Assembly: GCA_951406725.2 (NCBI GenBank)
Contig: OX597830.1
Coordinates: 16,554,001 to 16,618,000 of the forward strand
DNA length: 64,000 nucleotides
Direction: 5' to 3'
From: Octopus vulgaris
Lineage: Eukaryota
Below, one piece after another: positions 52,491 through 64,000 of this stretch (positions within the stretch are counted from its first letter, which is position 1; every line of letters begins with the position of its first letter). Made by a program: the position numbers and the translations under genes. Below the pieces are notes generated by a model that was not told the origin of the DNA, made no database searches, and worked only from the letters and a program-made list of their open reading frames with translations.

Positions 52491-53064
52491 TTTACTCTTT
52501 TACTTGTTTCAGTCATTTGACTGCGGCCATGCTGGAGCACCGCCTTTAGTCGAGCAAATCGACCCCGGGACTTATTCTTTGTAAGCCCAGTACTTATTCT
52601 ATCGGTCTCTTTTGCCGAACCGCTAAGTGACGGGGACGTAAACACACCAGCATCGGTTGTCAAGCAATGCTAGGGGAACAAATACAGACACACACACACA
52701 CATATATATATACATATACATATATACGACAGGCTTCTTTCAGTTTCCGTCTACCAAATCCACTCACAAGGCATTGGTCGGCCCGAGGCTATAGCAGAAG
52801 GCACGTGCCCAAGATGCCACGCAGTGGGACTGAACTCGGAACCATGTGTTTGGTTAGCAAGCTATCTGCAATAAATCAAGATGGCAAAATGCTCAGCAGT
52901 ATTTTGCCTGTCTTTACGGTCTGAATTCAAATTCCGCTGCGGTCGACTTTGCCTTTCATCCTTTCAGGGTCGATAAATTAAGTGCCAGTTGCATAATGGG
53001 GTCGATCTAATTGACTGGCCCCCTCCCCATAAATTTCAGGCCTTGTGCCTAAAGTAGAAAAGAA
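52491..53064. mobile_element. SINE A (minus, 52491-52863) next to a B2 SINE (plus, 52877-53064)
   Basis: The B2 copy is flanked by tatctgcaataaat at 52863-52876 and 53065-53078; a hAT MITE remnant follows. Confidence 0.85.
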
Positions 53065-53348
53065 TATCTGCAATAAATTAGTTGTCCTTCTACAACACAC
53101 AAAATATTTTAATAAATATAATGTTAATTAATATAATAGGATTATTTAAACCTCAAATGGCTAGGAGGGCCCACCTGAGTAAAATAGGAATTAAAGGGGT
53201 CCATATGTAAAGAATGCAGCTTAGATGTGTTATGTCTAGCACAACATCCCACCACTTGTAACTGCCCTTTATCATCCCTTTTGTGAGATCCAGTATCCCT
53301 AGATTATTCCCTCACATTTTCCCATATTTTCTTGATATTCATCTAGAC

Positions 53349-53966
53349 CAGTGGTTCTCATCAAGGGTCCATATGGCACTCGGGGAGCGGCCCCTGGAAG
53401 ATTTTGTAGTAAAATTTATCTGCAAGAAACTGCTTATAGTTCTAAAATACACAAAATGCTTTACTCTTTTACCTGTTTCAGTCATTTGACTGCAGCCATG
53501 CTGGAGCACCGCCTTTAATCGAGCAACTCGACCCCGGGACTTATTCTTTTGTAAGCCCAGTACTTATTCTATCGGTCTCTTTTGCCGAACCACTAAGTGA
53601 CGGGGACACAAACACACCAGCATCAGTTGTCAAGCAATGCTAGGGGGACAAACACAGACACACATATATATATACGACGGGCTTCTTTCAGTTTCCGTCT
53701 ACCAAATCCACTCACAAGTCTTTGGTCGGCCCGAGGCTATAGCAGAAGACACTTGCCCAAGGTGCCACGCAGTGGGACTGAACCCGGAACCATGTGGTTG
53801 GTAAACAAGCTACTTACCACACAATTTTTATACAATTTCTAATAATATTTAATTATAATAATATAAAATTATTTTTTAAACATCAAATGGCTATGAGGGT
53901 CCACCCGAACGAAATAGGAATCAAAGGGATCCTTAAGTAAAAAAAAAAAAAAATGGTTGAGACTTG
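53349..53966. mobile_element. hAT MITE interrupted by SINE A (minus, 53460-53823)
   Basis: atctagac|cagtggttctca ... ggttgaga. Confidence 0.8.
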
Positions 53967-54479
53967 CCCACCCAAAATTCATCCTTCTTACACAGCAGTC
54001 TTCTCTTGCACACTAATTCTAATTCCACTTATAAACTAAACAGTTGTTGTTGTTCTTTATTTTTCCCCTTAGTGCATTTGTACTTAATTATTTATGTGCA
54101 CTCACATTACACAACTAGCAAAGTATGCTTACCTTCATTCTTGCTGCTCCAGACACAGCCTTCTGCATTCAAAGCATTTCACTACTACACAATAACATAC
54201 ATTGTATCATACAATCTGCCCTTCGCTAAGACAGATAATTCCTTTGTTATTTAGCCCATGGTAAGCCATGACCAAGCATATTTACAAACAAAAGTATTCC
54301 AGCTATGACCATCCAATCTTTTCCATGTACAAGGAACACATGACTACATTATCTATGTCCTTTTCTAGGACTGTACAATGTGGTATGAGGGTAATTGGTT
54401 GCTATTTCTAGCAAGTCAAGTGGACACATACAGACTCCCTCACTAGCTCAAGAATCCCTACATCACCAGCAGTGATAAT

Positions 54480-54957
54480 ATATTTCTTTACTGCCCACAA
54501 GGGGCTAAACACAGAGGGGACAAACAAATGGATTAAGTCGATTACATCGACCCCAGTGCATAACTGGTACTTAATTTATCGACCCCGAAAGGATGAAAGG
54601 CAAAGTCGACCTCGGCGGAATTTGAACTCAGAATATAACGGCAGACGAAATACGGCTACGCATTTCGCCCAGCGTGCTAACATTTCTGCCAGCTCACCAC
54701 TCCACCTTATTCTTATTCTGGCTATTATGGTTTTAACCCTTTCATTACTGTATTTATTTTCAGATGCTCTCTGTTTCTTTCAATTACTTTAAATATCACA
54801 AAGAATTTAGTAAAATAACTTAGTTATCATTAAGCTAGTGATAGGGACATAATTTGTGACTGAGGTTTAATAGAAGATTTTAATTCAAAACTTATGAAAA
54901 CAAGACATTTTGTACTCAGAGCCAAAGCTGGTTTCAGCCGGGTTGGTATCAAAAGGG
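54480..54957. mobile_element. B1 SINE (minus, 54480-54700) and MITE D2 (54737-54957)
   Basis: Direct similarity to the families above; TTAA flanks on the MITE. Confidence 0.85.
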
Positions 54958-55399
54958 TTAAAACACCTACCATTAATACAAATTAGGACGAGTAGATAAC
55001 AAAAGACCTCTGAAAGAATTTACTTTACAGGTATTCTTGGCGCTAACAAACCTTCTGCATCTGCTTTCATGCTAAGTTCTTTCTTCTGTCATTCTGCCTG
55101 GTTCCCCACTTCATCTCATGTGCTCCTACAGTTCATATAAGGTACACACAAAACAGTCCCACTGTACCTTTTCTGCATAACAAGCAAGACCCCTTACCAA
55201 AATGGTGACAAAGTTTTTTAAGACTTTTGTCTTCGCTAGATTTACTTTTAGACTTCTTGATTCTAGAATATGCATCACTATTTTCAATATATTCTCCAAT
55301 TCTTTGACTAATTCAGGTATGAGGACTAAGTTGTTGACATATAGGCATTCCCACAGTCAACCAATCTTGAACTCCTCTATTAAACCTTAAAGGGCTCCT

Positions 55400-56290
55400 C
55401 ACAGATACTTACCTATACATTAAACCCTTAACTGAACTCATAGCTCTCTACTTGCTAAAAGTGCTTCAGTACATTGAATCGAAAACTCCAACAAACCCTC
55501 AAAACTATTCATCTACACTTAGTTTTCTTAGCAACCACCAGGCTACAGAGAATGCCACCTTATCAAAGGCCTTCTCCATGGTAACGAATGTGGGGGTATT
55601 GTGTCCTGCTCTTATCTAAAAACTTCCCTTGTAATGGCCTAAGAAATGGTTCCCTATCCTGGCACACACCGACACTGCATCTCATCCATACTATTTTTTT
55701 TTCTAATCAGTTCTGCTCCAGCTCTTTCTGCACTAAGTTCTTTTCTATGTCACTTTGCCCAACACCGGTTATCGAGATAACGACACCTCTTAAATAATCA
55801 ATCAAGTGGAGACCAATGAGGAAACTTTCAAGTGATCAGTTGACCTGCTAGAGATAGCAGTAAGTCTCCCTCCAATGGTAATCCACCCAACTTCAAAAAG
55901 AGGATAAATGTATGCCATGAAAATATCTCTGAGATATTTTTTTAGTATTTTAGTGATATCTTTCTCATCATACCCTAAATGTCTTTTTCAAATAGCTTGC
56001 AAGTTCTGGTCGGCATTAGCTGGACACTCTGTTGGATCTACTTGGGATAGTTTCTCTCCCCACACCCATGCATTCTATTCAGTAACTTCTTGCATTTTCA
56101 AGACTTTTCTCAGTGTCAATGAGGGCCAATACACCTCTGATCCCTCTAACCACAGGATAAACCCCTCATCTTCAGCTCTTCTCCATCCTGTGTTTATCTA
56201 ACGTCTAGCTTCTCTTCTGGCTACTTGACATTGTTCTGCTCTTTCCTTCCAATTTTCCAGGCCTGTGTGTTTTAGCCTTTATGGATCTAC
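55400..56290 (-). mobile_element. Heavily decayed RTE-like LINE fragments
   Basis: The minus strand at about 55563-55580 reads MEKAFD, followed by WWLLRKLSVDE-like text as in the 16.9-18.2 kb copy. Confidence 0.55.
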
Positions 56291-57295
56291 TGCATCATCT
56301 CATTGCCATGTCACCCAACGCTTGGCTGGAACCTACCTCGTTATCTTTTATTTATTCCTGACAAAAAGAACAAAAAGATATTGCCTCAACTATCAACAGT
56401 ACCCGTTGAATAAATTTAAAGTGCAACTTTTCATCTTGTTTTGTTTTGTATGCCATCTGTTAAGATGGCTGCCAAATTGTGTGACATTACAGCATCCATG
56501 AATACACAAAACAAGTGATTTTATAAAATAACAGCAATGCTATATAATTTAACAAGAGCCGCCAAAAAGAAAAACACACATGGCATACAATTAGGCGACA
56601 CACTATATTTTTGTTGTATACAAAGAGGGAAAAATAGATTAACTGAGGATGGTGGTTAATGACAATTATGCTTCAATAACAAAGCTAAAAATTAATTATG
56701 GAATACAAAATTACACTGATGGATTTATATGTAAACATACTAGGTGTTTGGCAGCAAGAACGTCATCTAACTAAAAGCAAATACCAAAAATTGCAAACCT
56801 GTCGAACATGGACAAATATTATGAAGAGACTGACAAAATGACTATGAGCATGCTAAAATTTCGAGTAATTTTTTAAAATCACTTTAGAACCGTGAATATT
56901 ACTGTTTAGAATTCTCATTTTAAAAAATGTTTTGGATAGATGTGATCATAATTTACTATTTACGAAAATTTTGAAACGTGACACTCAAAATTTACAGTAA
57001 AATTCCAGTTTATACGCGAGTATATAAAAGAAAATTAAAGCAGTAATTAAGTAAAAAAAAAAAAAAAAAAAAGGCTGTTACTTCATAGAATAAATTATTA
57101 AATTTGCAAATTAAATTTTCTGAATTATAATTAATTTAATTTATTCATACACACACACGCACGCACGCGAAGACAAATAAATGCGGTTTTAAGCTATATT
57201 GATTAGAAGTTTACTAAAGTTATTGTGAATACGGATTTTAATAGGCCACGAGATTTAAGATATAAACATGTTTGAATATGTGTATGTATGTGTAG

Positions 57296-57334
<39 letters not shown>

Positions 57335-58408
57335 GTTATAACCGTAGGAAATAAGAGGAGGAAAGGAAATCAAAGAGTGATTTATAGCTACTGTTCATAA
57401 AATATAATAAACCCAGGAGAATTACGAAAAGACCAAAACGTTGTCATGTGTATTATTAGCAAACATGAAATTATATTAACATTTATTGGGATAGATTTGA
57501 AGTACATCCACTAGAAAGAGATGGCGGATAACGTTGATGGGAGGGGAGAAACACTACAGCCTTTTAAAGAGGAAATACGGGGGGAAATAAATAACAATAA
57601 TAAATGTAAATAACATATTTAATTAATAAAATAATTAGTTCACATCCCCCCACCGTATTCAGATGTGGCTTTTTTTGTGCTGGTTAATTTTTTAACACGA
57701 AGCAAATGATGGCCAATAAAGACTTGCGAATGTTGTATAGTATAGTATCACACACCCATGTGCTAGAAGAAAGAAACATTTTTATAATGGGTGACTAGGA
57801 AACGAAGCCGCGTGCTTCGTGTGAGAAAAACAGGACGAAGTGCTCTTGTATTTATTTCTTTTTTAAATCTGTTCGCTTTCAGATTTTTAATTTCAATCTA
57901 CGAAGCTAAACCGATACGTATATATATATATATGTATATATATAAACATAACGCCCCTGTATAATAAACTAATAATTCTTGACAGAATCACAAGGCGAGA
58001 GATAGTGTAGAAAACACCGAAGCAGTGTGTGTGTAAAAAAGAAAAAAAACAGCCGAAGAGAGAGAGAGAGGGTTTCTTTTTGTGAAATAATAAAGTGTTG
58101 TTAAGCAAGCACATGACCATCCCAAACTACGAACAAACCGGTAACAGGTATATTATGAATCAAGCAGTAACGAGCACTTGGAAGCTCCTCGCTTTATTTG
58201 CAGACACCACTCCTTCTTCGTCCAACGGCGAAATATGCAGCTGCGCACAAGAATTGCGATACAACCAACGTCTGCAGAATTCCTATCAGAAGATTTTTTT
58301 TTTCTCCTTTGCAGCATTTTTCCTTCATGAAGAAATCAAATCATCAATAGGGGGAAAATACATTTATATATATGCATATATGCATATAAATTTTGCAAAG
58401 GCGACAGA

Positions 58409-58419
58409 CATATATATAC

Positions 58420-58499
<80 letters not shown>

Positions 58500-58510
58500 A
58501 TATATATATA
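58409..58510. repeat. (TA)n microsatellite
   Basis: Directly visible. Others at 15280-15366, 57298-57332, 58766-58792 (GA) and 61957-62050 (TC). Confidence 0.95.
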
Positions 58511-58765
58511 AAGGCAGTGCTTGATGAACAATAAATAGCATCTTCGCGACGATGTCCACGGTTCTTTTGGTCGCAATTGTAATTTAATTCTGACAAAACA
58601 ACTGATAGAAGAAGAGGAATTTTGGATGAGACGAAATACGTCCATCGTTGAACTAAATAAACCATCACATACAACCCGAAAGATGCTCTCTTTCTCTCTC
58701 TCGCACCCCCTCCTCATCATCATCCTGTCCTACAAAAAAAAAAAAAAGAGAGAAACGGCGTGTTT

Positions 58766-58797
<32 letters not shown>

Positions 58798-58961
58798 CGT
58801 ATAGGATTGTTTGTCTGTTGGCACTTGCTACTTACTACTCACAGCAAAAGCTGCTGTAAACAAAATGAACACAGCTAGTTTTTATACACTTGTTTTCTTC
58901 CACTGACATCGTTAACATCGCTAAACTGCACACATCTACTACATATACATACATACATACG

Positions 58962-58999
<38 letters not shown>

Positions 59000-59093
59000 A
59001 TCTGCAAACATAAGAGAAAAATTGCAAAATCGACGTAGTTGAGGACCGAACTCGTCACCTCGGATATAGGTAAAAGAGTTACACGTAGAGTGC

Positions 59094-59433
59094 ATGTGTG
59101 TATATAAAACGTCTGCTTTTAAAAAATATACATAGTTATATAGATATAAGGATTATTACAGATATATGTGTGTGTGAGTATATATGTATGTGTGTGTATA
59201 TATGTATGTATATGTGTGTGTGTATATATATGTGTGAGTGTATATATATGTGTGTGTGTATATATATATATATATACTACATATATATGTATATATATAT
59301 ATATATACATATATATGTATATATATGTGTGTATATATATGTGTGCATATATATATATGTATGTGTGTGTGTATAAAACGTCTGCTTTTAAAAAATATAC
59401 ATAGCTATATAGATATAAGGATTATTACAGATA

Positions 59434-59466
<33 letters not shown>

Positions 59467-59467
59467 G
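59094..59467. repeat. Local tandem duplication (period about 269 bp) of a unique 60-mer plus TA/TG microsatellite
   Basis: tataaaacgtctgcttttaaaaaatatacatag.tatatagatataaggattattacagatat starts at 59103 and 59372. Confidence 0.9.
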
Positions 59468-60191
59468 CATAAAATACACTGGAGTACAACATTAAAAATA
59501 ACTAATAAATTGATGACCTAAATTTAAAGAACTAGTGGGTTATATAATCACACGCGCACACACATATATGTATATATATATACACACGTGTGTGGTGTGT
59601 GTGTGTGTGTGTGTGTATACCTCCATAAATAAACAAAGAGTGGGAGAAAATAATTCAGGGCAGAGTAAGCGATTGTAGATGTTTTTAGTGGATCAAATGT
59701 CGAAAAGGCTTTTTAAGTAAGTAAACAAAAACAGGGGAAATAATTCTCAGAAACGGCGCAGAAAAGATCCACCATGGGTGTGTGTGGTTTTTGTTCAGGT
59801 CCTTGAAGGAGGGAGTGTTTCTTCAATTGGAAACACTGAAACAACAAACTTAATGGTGGGAAAAATAATAATAATAATACACAGGCATGAAAAAAAAAAA
59901 AAAACATGATCTGTGGGGCAAAATTAAAATATATATAATATATAGGAAGAATTCGAACCATGTTCGTTTTTTTGTAGTTTTTTTAGAAGATTGCGTCTAG
60001 GCAATTATGTTGGTTCACCTTAGACCGGATTTAAAAATTTTAAACGATATTTATTTAAAATATATTTAGTTGCCGCTTTGTGGCTTAGAACGTTTAGAAA
60101 GATATGGGTTCGGTTTTCCACGTGTTATAGATAAAAGTAATATTTACACTGCTCGATCAACGACAGTATATATATATATATATATTTATGT

Positions 60192-60518
60192 ATATTTCTT
60201 TACTGCCCACAAGGGGTTAAACATAGAGGGAGACAAACAAGGACAGACAAAGGGATTAAGTCGATTACATCGACCCCGGTGCGGGACTGGTACATTATTT
60301 ATCGACCCCGAAAGGATGAAAGGCAGACAGTATATATATATATACATATATATATTTATGTATATTTATAAATATATATTTTTTTACTGCCCACAAGGGG
60401 CTAAACATAGAGGGGGACAAACAAAGGGATTAAGTCGATTACATCGACCCCAAGTGCATAACTGGTACTTAATTTATCGACCCCGAAAGGATGAAAGGCA
60501 AAGTCGACCTCGGCGGAA
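60192..60518 (-). mobile_element. Two tandem 5'-truncated B1 SINEs in (TA)n
   Basis: tttactgcccacaagggg...cgaaaggatgaaaggca occurs twice. Confidence 0.85.
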
Positions 60519-62090
60519 TATCTATAAATATATATATTCTCTCTGTGTGCTTGTGGATGTCTTGAGTATGAAAAATCTTGTTTACACAGCCGCCATGATG
60601 AAAACGCACATGGCATTTAGAAAGCTCACAAAAGAACAAAACAGCGATTGATGATGACACAATAGGTTGGTAAATATGAAGCCAGTCGGCGACAGAGAAA
60701 TAAAACAGAGACGGATGTGATGGAGGATTTGCCGTGAAAAGCTAGCTCTATTTCTCCCTGGATTTGCGAAGCATTATAAAAACATGTGGTGACGACGAAG
60801 TTGGTGTTAACTGCACGACTATTGGCTACAACAGTTCGCCGGTTGTTTTAGTCGGCACACACTCAATTCGCTGTGACTATTCTTCTTCTTCTTCTTTCCC
60901 ACTAAATAAAACCACCACTCCACGCACTACTAACATCACAAATGAAATAAAATACACCCGACCATTATTAGACACACCACGCTTTTGTTATTTTTTTACA
61001 TACTAGGAAGGAAAAAAAAAATCAATCGAAAACGATTCGTATTTAGCAGATTCCTTACCATATACACACAAATATATGCGAGCGAGTGAGTGTATATATG
61101 TGTGTATGTATGTGAGTGTGTGTGTGTGTATGAATAGAAACCGACATACATGTGACTAATGTATGTACATTACATTCTCGGTAATTAAATTATTATTGAA
61201 CGTTTATATGAGTATTTTTTTTTGGTTTTTTTCTAATTAATTAATTCCGAAGATATCAATTGTATTCTAATAATGACTGGGATACAAAAATGAAGAGCTT
61301 TATTCGGTTGCTTCATCAATTTCTCACAGTCGGTTTTAAACGAAATTTCGCCGGTTCTTGAAGGACTTGTTTGGTTAACGAGGGGACACATTGAAATGTG
61401 GTTGCCCTAATTTCTGACCATGCAGACTGCAACACTGTTAACCGTATATGGATATATTAAGCACGACCGGCATTGAGTGTATATATATATATATATATAA
61501 GCATAAATCAGAAGGAACAAAAACGAAAATAATTAATTGACGATATCTACTAACATATATAATAAAATGGCAAAAGGGGAAAACACTAAATTTAAGAAAG
61601 CTTGGCCAATAAATTAAAACATGGATCCCATTGTTGAATTACTTTGGGTTGGATTTGCTGAATAATAATAAATAATAACAACACTGTAGTCAGACATGCT
61701 AGAATATATATTGTCTGAAAGGAATTTCTGTATGCACAGCATGGGGGCAGGCATAAGTATTATATATAAGAATGGAGAGGCGTATAAATACACATAAACA
61801 GAGGGAAAGAGTAGGTTAAGGTATTGTGGTGATAAACAGCTTAAGCATGGATGTTTACTAAGAATCTAAGATATTAACTGGTGGAAGGAAGTTTGTCATA
61901 AAACAAAATAAATATAAACTTGATCCCCCACTTAATGCCTAATCTGTAGTCATGCATCTCTCTCTCTCTCTCTCCCCTTCACACTCTCATTCTTTCTTTC
62001 TTTCTCTCTCTCTCTTTATCTATCTCTGTCTCTCTCTCTCTCTCTCTTCATCCCTCTCGTTTCTCACTTTGATTGCGGTATATTTACTTA

Positions 62091-62700
<610 letters not shown>

Positions 62701-63399
62701 AAATATTCTTTGCGATATTTAACAAACATATTTATCTTCGTGTTTCGTTTCTGTAATTAATAATTAATACTCCCGATGTTTTGCTTTATCAACCAATAAT
62801 TGACAGATGGATAGCATCGTATGTATGTATACATGCTAGCATAAACAATTGTGTATGTACCTTTATGCATACACAAATACATGTGTATGTGTGTGTGTGC
62901 GCTTGTATAATTATATGTACATGTATGTATGTATGCGTAATAATTTCTTGCGCGCGTGCGTGTATGTAGAAGTACATGCACATGTGAGTGCAGTGTACAT
63001 ACTGCTATGCGAAGTATCTATGGAAATATACGATGAAAACAACAATAATAAGTATTTTTGATGTGGCATTAAAATACATATTTTAAAATATGTTTCTCCA
63101 AATTCTTATTTACTAAAATTCAAAAGCTGAAAGTGGAAAATGAAACGTACTTGACGATAAATTCCTAGAAAGAAAGAAATAGGACGAAAATAAAAACGGT
63201 TTTAGACCGGTTTATTTCATCATGCTTGTCGATATTTCTTCTCTTGAATCTATGCATGAATGCATTATGTAAGTACGTATGCATGCATGCATGCAAGCAT
63301 ATGTGTGTATGCATGTTTGGTGTGCATAGGCATACATATGTGTGTGCGTATGCATACGTATTTACGTATGTAGGTATGCATGCATACGTCACTAACGGA

Positions 63400-63752
63400 C
63401 ACACTTCAGCCTCTGGTCCACAGACATGTTACCTCCTCTATCTTTTGCTGTTGCTACAATAAAAGCCTCTTTGTAGCTCCACCACTCGGTTACCCCGTCC
63501 CACTCGTCTCTGCCCCCATCGGCACACTTGGGGCATCTAATCACCCTTCCCCGCGCTTACCCCCATGCTAAATGCTTCGTGCTCCCCCAGAACGTCGCGG
63601 CCTTCTGGAATCTGCTCATGTCTTTTCCTGCAGATGTTGATTTGCAACGCTTTAAACGTAACCTTAACAGTATTAATCTCAACCAGCCTCGGAGACCCAG
63701 CAAGTATCATGGGGGCTCTACCCGTTCTTCTAGACTCTGCAAGTGCAAAAAA
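63400..63752 (+). mobile_element. 3' end of a CR1/Jockey-group LINE
   Basis: Relic peptides LQPLVHRHV... and FWNLL.SFPADVDLQRFKRNLN resemble the non-LTR ORF2 C-terminus, followed by a short UTR and A-rich tail. Confidence 0.65.
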
Positions 63753-64000
63753 GAAACATACACACATGCATACACATACATATATCTATACATACACATA
63801 TGCATACATATACGTATGTGTGTGTGCGTCTATGTGTATGCATGACAGTCAACAAAAGTAATAAATAAAAGCTGAATAAAGGAAGAACTAAGGAAAACAG
63901 ATTTCTGAAGTTATATTCGTCCATTGGTGATCAAGGTATCAATGTACATGATGGCTTCAACCTTACAGCACCTTAACAAAAATGTATGTAGATATACATA

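Noticed and set aside
2846-53842. Recurring ORFs such as RLLSVSVYQIHSQG, LDALPNANHS and RNWYLFNRPRKDERQSRPR that look like a gene family
   Set aside because: They are translations of SINE and LINE-UTR copies in varying frames, with no consistent start, stop or splice structure.
58830-58842. Two adjacent minus-strand donor motifs (GTGAGT, GTAAGT) suggesting an alternative exon
   Set aside because: No clear acceptor, TSS or reading-frame support, and hexamers occur by chance.
60070-60651. Longest ORF in the window (193 aa)
   Set aside because: Made of two B1 SINE pieces and (TA)n tracts, and it starts at TTG.

Overview
AT-rich, repeat-dense animal genomic DNA; the repeat families suggest an octopus or related cephalopod (inference). 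I can support one host coding segment: the first coding exon of a FoxK-type forkhead gene (FHA domain) at 62092-62450 on the minus strand, ending in a GT donor, with promoter-like motifs just upstream. I found no convincing exon 2, so 1-62091 is probably part of a first intron longer than 62 kb. It holds at least four tRNA-derived SINE families, RTE-like LINE bodies and many of their (GAT)n-tailed 3' ends, two TTAA-flanked piggyBac-type MITE families, a hAT-type MITE family, gag-like zinc-knuckle relics and microsatellites, often nested with readable target-site duplications (TSDs). Nearly all other listed ORFs are spurious. I see no well-supported new biological system. The best leads are dsRNA-forming inverted repeat pairs in the pre-mRNA, a templated inverted insertion, a 58-bp TSD, tail-targeted SINE arrays and a CpG-rich, forkhead-motif-rich zone next to exon 1. 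Family labels A, B1, B2, C, D1, D2, F and H are mine, and boundaries were read by eye.
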